A stretch of DNA of 64,000 nt from an uncultured Smithella sp. (lineage in GTDB: Bacteria; Desulfobacterota; Syntrophia; Syntrophales; Smithellaceae). The stretch covers positions 489 to 64,488 of the forward strand of contig CAZWCA010000004.1 of assembly GCA_964632255.1 (NCBI GenBank), in the 5' to 3' direction. The position numbers were made by a program, and so were the translations under genes. The number at the start of each line of letters is the position of its first letter. The first letter of the stretch is position 1. A model generated the notes under the pieces. That model searched no databases and was not told where the DNA came from. It saw only the letters and a list, made by a program, of their open reading frames with translations. Shown here piece by piece: positions 1 through 8,658 of this stretch.

Positions 1-20
1 TAAACCTTTTGTTAATTTTA

Positions 21-47
21 TTATCGGATAATGCATGCAAAACTTTA
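21..47 (-). promoter_or_regulatory. sigma-28 (FliA)-type promoter firing leftwards out of the window
   Basis: Minus strand reads TAAA-N15-TCCGATAA (plus strand ttatcgga 21-28, ttta 44-47). This is a 7/8 match to the -10 GCCGATAA with the canonical 15-nt spacer. The target gene lies beyond position 1. Confidence 0.5.
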
Positions 48-74
48 GAATCCGGAATAATTTTTTAGACTATT

Positions 75-101
75 AGACTGAAGGCTGAAGACTGGAGCTG
101 A
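75..101. repeat. Degenerate heptamer tandem array AGRCTGR x4
   Basis: agactga aggctga agactgg agctga read directly. It is preceded by two tagact units (66-79). Confidence 0.45.
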
Positions 102-163
102 CAATTGAAGGTTATTCTTCTGCGAATGAAAAAACAAATAACAACTCCTGAGAACGTTAGTGT

Positions 164-200
164 CCTCCGCCGGCGGAGGTGTCACGAAGTGACGGAGGTG
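164..200. other. GC-rich 16-nt perfect palindrome followed by a small hairpin and a duplicated GGAGGTG
   Basis: CCTCCGCCGGCGGAGG at 164-179. gtcac-gaa-gtgac hairpin at 181-193. CGGAGGTG occurs twice (174-181 and 193-200). Function unknown. Confidence 0.4.
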
Positions 201-352
201 GAAAATAAAAGGTTTCCGGCAAAGACGTTGTGATCCAATTGAGGGAGAGATTGCTTTCCGCCTTCAGCTTTTTTTATTCTTCGTATTCAAGTTTCTTCCG
301 TTATCAGCCGATAATTCTAATAGACAATCCGATATCTAACGGAGACTATTTT

Positions 353-1609
353 ATGGCCGATTGTTTCATCACATCTTATGTAAACCGATACGCCGTACCT
401 TTGTATGAGAGCCCCTATGGTGTATCGGCGAACGCGATAGATGATTTGTTTGCCACGTCAGGAGGCAGTACTCAGGCTGGTCTTGACTCTCTGGCCGGGA
501 CTATTTTGTTACAGGGAATCGATTTCTATCAAAATGGGAATTATAACCGGGCGATTCAGTCCTTCAAAAGCGCTGCAGCCCTGTCGCCCTATTCCGATAA
601 TTCCGCCAAGTCTTATGAGTATATGGGACTGGCTTATCTTCAACTGGATAATACGGATGCAGCAATTAAGACTTATAAGGAAGCAGTCCGGCTTTATCCG
701 ACGGATGATACATTTTCCAAAGCCCTGGGTGATCTCTACCTGAAGGAGAACAGGACGGATGAAGCCGTTAGGCAATATAAGGCAGCGGTTTATGCCAATC
801 CGACTTCTGCCGACAACCTGTATTCTCTTGGACAAGCTTATCTCTCGGCAGGTGAACTAAGCAAAGCTCAAGAACAATTTACAGCTGTTACCCGCATCAG
901 CCCTAACAGTGCAGCTGGTTTCTATGGTTTAGGCCAGGTCGCCCATCTCTCCGGTAATTTGACCGATGCAGTCTCCCAATTAACTCATGCCATTAACGTC
1001 AATAAAAATTTTGAACTTGCCTACCTGGAACTGGGTTATGTCTATGCTGATCAGGGAGATTTTTCGAGCGCCGATGACCAACTGGCGACTTTAAAGAGCA
1101 AAAAATCCGATAAAGCCACCACACTTTCGTCTTATATTACACTGGCCGCAAAACCCAAAATGATCGCCGCCTTAGGCATCGATGGCTTCAACACTAATCT
1201 GGGGCCGAATACCAAAGTTTCATCTCTTTCTTCCTCACTGACAGCTGCGAATACATCCAAACTGTTCTCAATGAAGATCGCGTTTTCCAAAGACATGGAT
1301 CAAGCATCCATTATCAATCCTTACAACTGGAAGATATCCCGGGCCACCATCCGGAATAACGGCGGCGTATACAACAACGGGCTGACACCGCCGGCTACGG
1401 AAGCCGCCATTCTTCCCAAGCCTGCATATATTTTATTCAATCCGGAAAATAATACGGCAACCGTCCGTTTCTGGGTTTCTCAAAACGCCAATGCCAACGC
1501 GACGATTGATCCCAAGCATATTGTCTTCAAATTCTCAGGTGTGGATACTTATGGCAAGGCAATGGATACGTCCGCCGATGAATATAGCGGGTTTTCTCAA
1601 ATAGTATAA
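353..1609 (+). CDS. TPR-repeat protein with a C-terminal Ig-like/beta-rich domain
   Basis: The ORF opens at GTG 230, but ATG 353 has a GGAG 8 nt upstream. Repeated TPR-like units are present (AIQSFKSAAALSP, AIKTYKEAVRLYP, AVRQYKAAVYANP, AQEQFTAVTRISP). The C-terminal ~130 aa is beta-rich (SKLFSMKIAFSKDMDQAS...ATVRFWV). Confidence 0.7.
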   Translation: MADCFITSYVNRYAVPLYESPYGVSANAIDDLFATSGGSTQAGLDSLAGTILLQGIDFYQNGNYNRAIQSFKSAAALSPYSDNSAKSYEYMGLAYLQLDNTDAAIKTYKEAVRLYPTDDTFSKALGDLYLKENRTDEAVRQYKAAVYANPTSADNLYSLGQAYLSAGELSKAQEQFTAVTRISPNSAAGFYGLGQVAHLSGNLTDAVSQLTHAINVNKNFELAYLELGYVYADQGDFSSADDQLATLKSKKSDKATTLSSYITLAAKPKMIAALGIDGFNTNLGPNTKVSSLSSSLTAANTSKLFSMKIAFSKDMDQASIINPYNWKISRATIRNNGGVYNNGLTPPATEAAILPKPAYILFNPENNTATVRFWVSQNANANATIDPKHIVFKFSGVDTYGKAMDTSADEYSGFSQIV

Positions 1610-1613
1610 AAAA

Positions 1614-1674
1614 TAGGTAATAGGTAATAGGTAATAGGTAATAGGTAATAGGTAATAGGTAATAGGTAATAGGT
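1614..1674. repeat. Perfect heptanucleotide tandem repeat (TAGGTAA) x8 plus a partial copy
   Basis: Eight exact TAGGTAA copies at 1614-1669, then taggt. It starts 5 nt after the TPR gene stop, between convergent genes. Confidence 0.95.
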
Positions 1675-1763
1675 GCAAACGCACTTGCAGTGTTTTTTGT
1701 CAATTATAATTAATTCATTGATCTTTCATGCTAAACAAAGCAATTTGTTTTAGTGAATTTATT

Positions 1764-4292
1764 TTACAGATAATCAAGAATTGACATTTTTCCGATCTTC
1801 GCCGCCATGTTGTATGATGCCTCCATGGCTGTCTGTTCCAACTGATAGGACACGATTAATTTAGCCAGATCTACATCTTCGATCCCGGATTTCAATGACG
1901 TTATTTGTTCGTTGAGGGATGTAAGCCTTTCGCTGGTATTAGTTAAGGAGCCGGATTTGGCGCCGACTTTTGTTTGCGCCTGCAAAACCTGTGTTTGAAT
2001 ATTTTTTAAATCATCGATTTGTGCAGCCACTGCCGTTAAGTCATGATTATCCAGTGCAGTTTTCAGGGCTTTAAGCGTTTTTAAAAGATCAACTGTTCCC
2101 GGGCCATGAACTTCAATGGAGTTGACCTGTGGCTTGGTACCCGCTGTAATTTTAAAAGAAACCGTATTGCCGGTATTCCACTGGCCCGACAGAGCGATTT
2201 TTATGTCATCCGTTCCGTCATTATCGGCATCAATGGTCACTTGAGCCGCGCTCATCGAGGTTATCGTCATATGTGGATATAGGGCACTGCCGGTAATGGC
2301 CCAGCTGCCGACGGCAGCTCCCCGGGTAAGAGTAATCGTATCATCCGCAGTCAGACCGGTCCCTGCTCCGAGAACGGATGCGGAAGCAACGGGTCCGTTC
2401 GCCGCGGTAAAGGCGGAAGCCCCGGTAATGTTGTAAACAAAACTGCTGCCTTTACCGACCTGCATGGCGAGCTGGCCGTCGTTGCCCCGGTAGTAGCCGC
2501 CGGCATAACCGTTAACCGTAAACAAGTCATCAGCGGCCAGATTCTGCGTGCCTGCGGTAAAGTTCATCGTTACCCCGTCGCCTAAAGCAATAGAGGTGAA
2601 GGCGGTTGGGGTGAATGCGCCCAAAGCAAGGTTACCACCGGCAGGGTTGGTGACACTGAGGGTCATGGATAGATTGCTGGCTCCGGTCGCTTTATCTGTA
2701 AGGGTGATTTTCCCCGACGAATCGATGGCTGCCGATACCTTGCTGCTGCCGCCGAATGTTGTTTCAATTTGATCCAGCAAATCCTGCACTGTTCCTGCAG
2801 CTGCATCGGCTATCGTAAATGTATCAGGCCCGACAGCAATGCCATCGTGATCAACTCCCGAAATATCGATGGTTGTGCCGTTTTGGACATTGGCGCCGGT
2901 AATTGTGTTCCACACGGTCGCAGTTGTAATGGACAATCCGCCGGACGTATTCGCCACGCTTCCCTGAATTGTCCGGGGCGGCAGTGTTTGCTTGGCTCCC
3001 CAGGTTATACCGCCATCCGTAGATATTTTATAGGTCGCTGTTGTCAATGTTCCGCCATCAATAATTTTTACGGCGTACGTTTTGTTTTCTGTAGCCGTAT
3101 TAGTGCCGCCGGAAGCAACTGTGCCATTGAATTTATTGGCTGCGGATGCTGAGGCTGCACTAACACTGGGCGCAGCGATAGTCACCGGAATTGAAAAAAG
3201 ATCCCCGGCCGCCAGGTGATGAGTTCCCGAATCGTCAAGAGTTAAGTTTATTCCCTCGTCCAGGGGGATGGATGCCTTTGTCGATGCGGCGATGGCGCCG
3301 AAATTCAGAAAACCACCCACAGGATTGGTAATGCTCAGAGTCATCGACAGACTGCTGGCTCCGGTCGCCTGGTCCGTAAGGGTGATTCTCCCTGACGAAT
3401 CAATGGTTGCCGATACCTCGCTGCCGCCGCCGAATGTTGTTTCAATTTGATCCAGTAAATCCTGCACTGTTCCTGTAGCTGCATCGGTTATAGTAAATGT
3501 ATCAGGCCCGACAGCGTTACCATCGTGATCAAATCCTGAGATGTCAATGGTTGTGCCATTCTGGACATTACCGCCGGTAATTGTATTCCACACGGTCGCT
3601 CCCGTAATGGGTAATCCGCCGGCGATATTTGCCATGCTTCCCTGAACAATTTGAGGCGGAAAATTTTGTACCTCTCCCCAGGTTTCGCCGTTATCGGCGG
3701 AGATTTGATAAGTCGCCGCAGCCACTGTTCCGCCATCAATAATTTTTACTTTGTATGTCTTATCTTCTGTTCCCGTGTAAGTGCCGCCGGAAAGAGCTGT
3801 GCCGTCAAACTGATTGGATGCTCCCGTCTCAGCGCCTCCTATGCCGGCAACACCGGAAGTTGCCGAAAAAGGAGCGACATCCGTTCTTGATCCGCCGAAT
3901 ATATAGCTGTCGCCTGACTTGGCATTCATTAGTGATAAAGCGCTGTCAATTAAAGAAGAGGCAATCGAGGCATTGGCATCCATCGTATCCGCCGTCGTTC
4001 CAGTGGCGATAGAGCCGGCCTGGGCAAGAATGTTTTTAATGCCCTCAAGATTTGTATCCGTTAAAGACAACCATGTTTTTGCACTGGTTATATTGGTTTG
4101 GTACTGATCTATGGAGGCCAGGGTGGAAGCATAATTTAATATTTGACCGGCGCCGATGGGATTATCCGACGGCCGGTTGATATTTTTTTGCGTGGAGATC
4201 TTTTCCATCAGTTCCGCGGCTTTTCCCTGGACATTAAACAAACTGCCGGTCAGCGTAGTAAATTTCATGTTTTCCGTAACCCGGTTAATCAT
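1764..4292 (-). CDS. flgL: Flagellar hook-associated protein 3 (hook-filament junction), greatly expanded to 842 aa
   Basis: Flagellin-type N-terminus (RVTENMKF...STQKNINRPSDNPIG) and C-terminus (DLAKLIVSYQLEQTAMEASYNMAAKIGKMSILDYL). It directly follows flgK. AAAGGGGA RBS. Confidence 0.88.
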   Translation of the reverse strand: MINRVTENMKFTTLTGSLFNVQGKAAELMEKISTQKNINRPSDNPIGAGQILNYASTLASIDQYQTNITSAKTWLSLTDTNLEGIKNILAQAGSIATGTTADTMDANASIASSLIDSALSLMNAKSGDSYIFGGSRTDVAPFSATSGVAGIGGAETGASNQFDGTALSGGTYTGTEDKTYKVKIIDGGTVAAATYQISADNGETWGEVQNFPPQIVQGSMANIAGGLPITGATVWNTITGGNVQNGTTIDISGFDHDGNAVGPDTFTITDAATGTVQDLLDQIETTFGGGSEVSATIDSSGRITLTDQATGASSLSMTLSITNPVGGFLNFGAIAASTKASIPLDEGINLTLDDSGTHHLAAGDLFSIPVTIAAPSVSAASASAANKFNGTVASGGTNTATENKTYAVKIIDGGTLTTATYKISTDGGITWGAKQTLPPRTIQGSVANTSGGLSITTATVWNTITGANVQNGTTIDISGVDHDGIAVGPDTFTIADAAAGTVQDLLDQIETTFGGSSKVSAAIDSSGKITLTDKATGASNLSMTLSVTNPAGGNLALGAFTPTAFTSIALGDGVTMNFTAGTQNLAADDLFTVNGYAGGYYRGNDGQLAMQVGKGSSFVYNITGASAFTAANGPVASASVLGAGTGLTADDTITLTRGAAVGSWAITGSALYPHMTITSMSAAQVTIDADNDGTDDIKIALSGQWNTGNTVSFKITAGTKPQVNSIEVHGPGTVDLLKTLKALKTALDNHDLTAVAAQIDDLKNIQTQVLQAQTKVGAKSGSLTNTSERLTSLNEQITSLKSGIEDVDLAKLIVSYQLEQTAMEASYNMAAKIGKMSILDYL
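2145..2342 (-). repeat. Copy of the shared axial-protein insertion module (FlgL aa ~651-716)
   Basis: TITLTRGAAVGSWAITGSALYPHMTITSMSAAQVTIDADNDGTDDIKIALSGQWNTGNTVSFKIT aligns with the FlgK and FlgE copies. Confidence 0.7.
2502..3821 (-). repeat. Tandem in-frame duplication inside flgL, period 678 nt (226 codons)
   Basis: gtttcaatttgatccag... at 2761 recurs at 3439 (offset 678) with roughly 85-90 percent nucleotide identity by eye. The protein units (aa ~158-383 and ~384-597) are co-linear. Confidence 0.9.
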
Positions 4293-4305
4293 GATCGTCC
4301 CCTTT

Positions 4306-5997
4306 TTATCGGCCGAGGTTAATCAAAATATCCATCATATCCGAAATGGTTTTGGTCATTCTGCTCGCGGCATTGTAAGCCATCTGATATTTAATCAGAT
4401 TCAACATTTCTTCATCCAGAGAAACACCGGAGAGCTGTTCTCTTTGATCATTCTTCTGAGAAGCTATGGCCTGCTCGCGAGTCAGGTTTGCAGCTGCATT
4501 GGAAACATCCTGCCCGACTTTAGCAATAAATGTGCTGTAATAGCCGCTGATATTTGTCGTGCTGTCTTTTTTGGATAAAGAAAACGAAAGTGTATCGCCG
4601 GCATTCCAGAAACCGGATAAATTTAAAGTGATGTCTGCGGTGCCGTTGTTATCCAGGTCAACAGTCAACCTGCTGTCACTGGACGATAGGACAACTGCAT
4701 TGTCATAGCCGCCATTGTCGGATGCCGCGGCAATTGACCAGGAATTGGCCGTGGCCCCGCGGGTAATCACAATTGGTGAATCTGTATTTTTATAAGCTTG
4801 TCCGGTATTATTAATAATTCCCGTAGCTGAACCTGTAGCGCCTCCCCCTGCCGAAATCTGTCCCAGTGACGCATATATATTATCATCCTGAATTGCGGAC
4901 ATGGCTGCAGCATTATCGCCGTCGGCGTTGGCTGTGGCGGAAGCGGCGATCTTTCTTGTATCAGCGGCTATCGCCGCACTTACCGCCATATCCTTGGCTT
5001 CAGTAGTTTTTTTGAAAAACAAACCGCCGATATTGCCGTCCTGATCATAACCCGCCATATGTTGGGAGTTTACTTTATTGACAATGCTGGACGCTGTCTG
5101 GTTCAGATCATTAATATAAGACGGCAGGGTGACATCTCTGATATTTAATAATCCGCCCAGCTCACCCCCGGTGATTTCATTATTCAATGATGTATTCGGA
5201 TCATTGGTAAAAACGATGTCATTTAAATTAGAATTGTTGACATTCCTCTGCACTTTTAATTGCCAGTTATTGCTTTCTTCCACAAGCGCCCTGCCGCTTT
5301 CAGGCAGATAAATGTACAAAGACCCGTTGCTCTTCTCAACGTAATTAATATCAATCAGCGAGCTTATTTTGTTAAGCAGGGCGGCCCGGTTATCCCGCAG
5401 TGCCGATGCCGTACCACCCGCACTTTCTGCTGTGGCGATCCCGGCATTTAAAGAAGACATGTCTTTGAGATATCCGTTCAGCTTATCAATATCATCGGCT
5501 ATCGTCTGGTTGGCATTATTCTGGATAGTTAATAGCTGATCAGCTCTTTGATTAAAAATATAGGTGAGATTTTGGGCTGCCGATACTACTGAGTCCCTCT
5601 CGGACTGGCCCGAAGGATTGGCCGAAAGATTGTCCCAGGCGCTCCAAAAGGCGCTCAGCGCATCATTTACGCCGTTTCCCTTGCTTTCATTCAGAATACC
5701 TTCAATTTGAGTTAATAAATCCTTACGGGTTTTGGCATTGCCAACGGACGCGTTTTGCGAAACTATCTGCGATTCCAGAAATTTATCATAGACTCTCTCA
5801 ATATCGGCTATTCTTACACCGACCTGCTCCTGGCTCGATGTGGAATCACTCGAACCTACGGCTTCGAATACCGGACGAAGTCTTGTATAGCCTTCGGTAT
5901 TAACGTTGGAAATATTTGCCCCGGTAACATTGATCGCCGCCAGATTACTGAGGATAGCCTGCTGCGCCGTATATAAAACTCTTCCAATATCGCCCAT
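4306..5997 (-). CDS. flgK: Flagellar hook-associated protein 1
   Basis: N-terminus LYTAQQAILSNLAAINVTGANISNVNTEGYTR and C-terminus LDEEMLNLIKYQMAYNAASRMTKTISDMMDILINL are typical FlgK. Synteny is flgN-flgK-flgL. Confidence 0.92.
   Translation of the reverse strand: MGDIGRVLYTAQQAILSNLAAINVTGANISNVNTEGYTRLRPVFEAVGSSDSTSSQEQVGVRIADIERVYDKFLESQIVSQNASVGNAKTRKDLLTQIEGILNESKGNGVNDALSAFWSAWDNLSANPSGQSERDSVVSAAQNLTYIFNQRADQLLTIQNNANQTIADDIDKLNGYLKDMSSLNAGIATAESAGGTASALRDNRAALLNKISSLIDINYVEKSNGSLYIYLPESGRALVEESNNWQLKVQRNVNNSNLNDIVFTNDPNTSLNNEITGGELGGLLNIRDVTLPSYINDLNQTASSIVNKVNSQHMAGYDQDGNIGGLFFKKTTEAKDMAVSAAIAADTRKIAASATANADGDNAAAMSAIQDDNIYASLGQISAGGGATGSATGIINNTGQAYKNTDSPIVITRGATANSWSIAAASDNGGYDNAVVLSSSDSRLTVDLDNNGTADITLNLSGFWNAGDTLSFSLSKKDSTTNISGYYSTFIAKVGQDVSNAAANLTREQAIASQKNDQREQLSGVSLDEEMLNLIKYQMAYNAASRMTKTISDMMDILINLGR
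4573..4776 (-). repeat. Copy of the shared axial-protein insertion module (FlgK aa ~408-475)
   Basis: PIVITRGATANSWSIAAASDNGGYDNAVVLSSSDSRLTVDLDNNGTADITLNLSGFWNAGDTLSFSLS. Confidence 0.7.
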
Positions 5998-6000
5998 AAA

Positions 6001-6549
6001 TCAGCCTACCTTATGTAAGTATGTGCCGTTTCTCTGCCCTGATTTCATTTTTCCGCTCTCCAGATAAACTGTTTCCGAAGATATGATGGAATTGATAAAA
6101 TCCAGGGAGCTTTTAATATTGCCAAGCGAGGCATCCAGCAAATCTTTATTCGCTGCATTTAATGCATTGACTTCCCGTGAAATTATCGACAAATTATCAC
6201 GAATTTCCTCGATTTCTTTCCTTTGTTCAGAACCGGCGTAACCGGCTAATTGGGTGAGTTTGATATCTTTTGTATCCAGATCAAGATTACGGGCGATCTT
6301 CTTCAAGACGGTTGTTCTTGCTTCCCCCAGCATCCGTGCTTTCAGAATTATATTTTCTTTCAGGGCATTGTTCCGATTGAGTTCCTCAAGAACGGGTTTA
6401 TTGAGTATTTTCTTCTCATAAATAATCGTACTTCTCAGTTCCTGATAAACCATCAGTTCTTTTCTCAATATATCTATCAGAGAAGCAAAAATACTTTCGC
6501 AGAAATTTTCCTGTTGCGAGTTCATCAACCCCATACACTGATCGAGCAT
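6001..6549 (-). CDS. flgN: FlgN-like export chaperone for FlgK/FlgL
   Basis: 182-aa helical protein in the canonical position between flgM and flgK. Assignment rests on synteny and composition. The true start may be a later Met. Confidence 0.6.
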   Translation of the reverse strand: MLDQCMGLMNSQQENFCESIFASLIDILRKELMVYQELRSTIIYEKKILNKPVLEELNRNNALKENIILKARMLGEARTTVLKKIARNLDLDTKDIKLTQLAGYAGSEQRKEIEEIRDNLSIISREVNALNAANKDLLDASLGNIKSSLDFINSIISSETVYLESGKMKSGQRNGTYLHKVG

Positions 6550-6695
6550 AATAATATCCTTATATTAATTAGATAGTAATTTAGCTTTTGTACGCCCGCC
6601 TGAAAGCGGGCCTGAAAAAAGACGGACCGAGACCTGCCGGAAAGGAAATGCAAATGAGGAATAATCTGTTTAAATAACGGAATCTTTTTGCTTTT

Positions 6696-7004
6696 TCAGG
6701 CAAAAAGGTCAACAATTGACTCTCCCACCATTTTTCCGGCAATGTCTTCTCCACTAACGTTGTATGTGCCTTTCTCCACCTGACTTTTTATTTCCTGTAT
6801 TTTTTCTTCACGAACGTCAGGTAATTGAGACAACGTATTTTTTATTTGCTGGATATCTTTTGCCTGGGTGGAAAGATTAACTTTTTCTTCCGTTATTGTC
6901 GCCGCACCGGCATTTTGCTTATCAGAATTGACGACGTAGTTATCGTTTTTCTGATACTGCTGAACCATTTGCGAGCTTAAATCTTTAACATCGGAAATTT
7001 TCAT
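6696..7004 (-). CDS. flgM: Anti-sigma-28 factor FlgM
   Basis: 102 aa. The C-terminal IQEIKSQVEKGTYNVSGEDIAGKMV resembles the FlgM sigma-28-binding helix region. It is preceded by a sigma-28 promoter. Confidence 0.8.
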   Translation of the reverse strand: MKISDVKDLSSQMVQQYQKNDNYVVNSDKQNAGAATITEEKVNLSTQAKDIQQIKNTLSQLPDVREEKIQEIKSQVEKGTYNVSGEDIAGKMVGESIVDLFA

Positions 7005-7035
7005 TTAACTTTCTCCTTGATTTGTCTTATCACAC

Positions 7036-7063
7036 CTATCGGCAAAAATAGCAAATAACTTTA
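7036..7063 (-). promoter_or_regulatory. sigma-28 promoter for flgM(-flgN-flgK-flgL)
   Basis: Minus strand reads TAAAG-N15-GCCGATAG (plus strand ctatcggc 7036-7043, cttta 7059-7063), about 30 nt upstream of the flgM ATG. Confidence 0.7.
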
Positions 7064-7066
7064 ATC

Positions 7067-7417
7067 CTATTTAATTTTCTCCGGGGAAACTTCCTCCTTT
7101 GGGTAATTTCTTGTCAATTGTTCAAAAAGAACCTTTTGCAACCCCAGTCCATTTCCTTTTCTTGATAAATCTTCAGCAATTTTTTGATCCATAATCATAT
7201 AATATGTATCCTTGCCTGGTCCTGACAAACTGGCGGCACTGGAATTTTTGGGAACAGTCTGACGCATTATTTTTAAAAGCTGATAAGTAAAAATTGATTC
7301 AAAATCCTGGCATGCTTTTTTAATTTTTTGCAAATCAGCCCGGTTTTGTTTCGAAGCGATATCCGAATCTTTTATCAATTGAGTTGTATTTTGGGGATTT
7401 TTATTTATAGTGTTCAT
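7067..7417 (-). CDS. flgJ: Rod-binding protein (FlgJ N-terminal domain only, no muramidase domain)
   Basis: 116 aa. ACQDFESIFTYQLLKIMRQT matches the FlgJ rod-binding motif (FE..F...ML..MR). It lies downstream of flgI. Confidence 0.75.
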   Translation of the reverse strand: MNTINKNPQNTTQLIKDSDIASKQNRADLQKIKKACQDFESIFTYQLLKIMRQTVPKNSSAASLSGPGKDTYYMIMDQKIAEDLSRKGNGLGLQKVLFEQLTRNYPKEEVSPEKIK

Positions 7418-7432
7418 ACTTCTTCCTCGATC

Positions 7433-8614
7433 TTAGATGATGCGTAAATCCGCCTGCAATGCGCCTGCGGCCTTGATCGTCTGCAAGATAGTGATCAAAT
7501 CGCGGGGCGAAACTCCCAGAGCGTTAAGAGCCTTCACCACATCATAAATTGTGACCCCCTGAGGAAGCATCATCAATGATCTTTTCTCTTCTGCAACATT
7601 GATCGTGGTTTGGGGAACGACAACTGTCTGTCCACCGGGAGCAATCGTTGTACCCCCAGGACCGAGAGCAGGAGTGGTCAAACCGGCAGGAGCACCGGGA
7701 GCAAAAGGCAGCGGTTGCGATACCCGGGCGTCCTCTTTTATCTGAATGCTGAGGTTTCCATGGGCAATAGCCACCGTTGATATACGTACATTGTCGCCCA
7801 TGACAACTGTACCGGTTTTCTCATTTAACATGACCACAGCGGCGGCATCGACTGGAACATCAAGAGATTCAATAAAATAAACAAGCTCGGACAAAGATCC
7901 TTCAAACGAATCTCTTGCTTTTACCGAGACTGAAATGGAATCAATTTGTTTTGCTTCAACAAAAGATATCGTTTTATTGATCATTGCGGCCATTCTGGTG
8001 GTAGTGGTGAAGTCAGGACGCAGTAAATTAATTACCAGTGATCGCCGTTGATCAAAATCATACTTAAGTTCTTTCTCGACAAAGGCCCCATTGGCAATAT
8101 TGCCGGCTGTAGTATGATTTTTCGATACACTTCCTGCAGCTCCGCTCGCTGAAAATCCTCCCAATGTCACGGCTCCCTGCGCTACTGCATATACTTCACC
8201 GTCAACACCGCGAAGCGGAGTTAATAAAAGCGTTCCGCCCAAAAGACTTTTTGATGATCCTAAAGATGAAACACTTACATCGATTTTCGTGCCGATTTTG
8301 GCAAAAGGAGGCAGTGCGGCGGTGACCATAACAGCGGCTACGTTATCTGCTTTTAAATTCGATATTTTATCTTTCATGGAAAGCCCCTGCCTGACCATCA
8401 TGTTGGCGAGAGATTCCTGAGTAAAAAGATTTTTTGTCAAGTCATCTCCGGTTCCGGCCAAACCAACAACCATCCCATAACCGATCAACTGGTTATCCCT
8501 GACCCCGCCGATCGCTGCAATATCTTTTATACGGGCGGCAAACACAGTGCTTGTCAATAGCAGCAGTGTCAATAAAACTATGGCCGAATAAATTGTAATT
8601 CCACCTTTATTCAT
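7433..8614 (-). CDS. flgI: Flagellar P-ring protein
   Basis: The ORF extends to 8698, but ATG 8614 has a GGGAG RBS and lies after the flgH stop. A signal peptide is followed by RIKDIAAIGGVRDNQLIGYGMVVGLAGTGD. The C-terminus is IKAAGALQADLRII. Confidence 0.93.
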   Translation of the reverse strand: MNKGGITIYSAIVLLTLLLLTSTVFAARIKDIAAIGGVRDNQLIGYGMVVGLAGTGDDLTKNLFTQESLANMMVRQGLSMKDKISNLKADNVAAVMVTAALPPFAKIGTKIDVSVSSLGSSKSLLGGTLLLTPLRGVDGEVYAVAQGAVTLGGFSASGAAGSVSKNHTTAGNIANGAFVEKELKYDFDQRRSLVINLLRPDFTTTTRMAAMINKTISFVEAKQIDSISVSVKARDSFEGSLSELVYFIESLDVPVDAAAVVMLNEKTGTVVMGDNVRISTVAIAHGNLSIQIKEDARVSQPLPFAPGAPAGLTTPALGPGGTTIAPGGQTVVVPQTTINVAEEKRSLMMLPQGVTIYDVVKALNALGVSPRDLITILQTIKAAGALQADLRII

Positions 8615-8658
8615 TTTTCCACTCCCGCCGGTTTTACTGAATTCTTTAAAATTTTTAC

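Noticed and set aside
1614-1674. Possibility that the short direct repeats represent a CRISPR array.
   Set aside because: The unit is 7 nt with no spacers. It is a microsatellite, not CRISPR.
4306-4313. Perfect sigma-28 -10 element GCCGATAA on the minus strand immediately upstream of flgL.
   Set aside because: It is formed by the last flgK codons (..GGC CGA TAA). The -35 position reads GGATA, not TAAA. A transcript starting there would have almost no leader before the flgL RBS. It is probably coincidental.
6594-6611. gcccgc-ctgaaa-gcgggc hairpin between flgM and flgN as a terminator.
   Set aside because: No U tract follows it on either strand (the T run precedes it on the minus strand). It may be a stability or attenuation structure, but it is not a canonical terminator.
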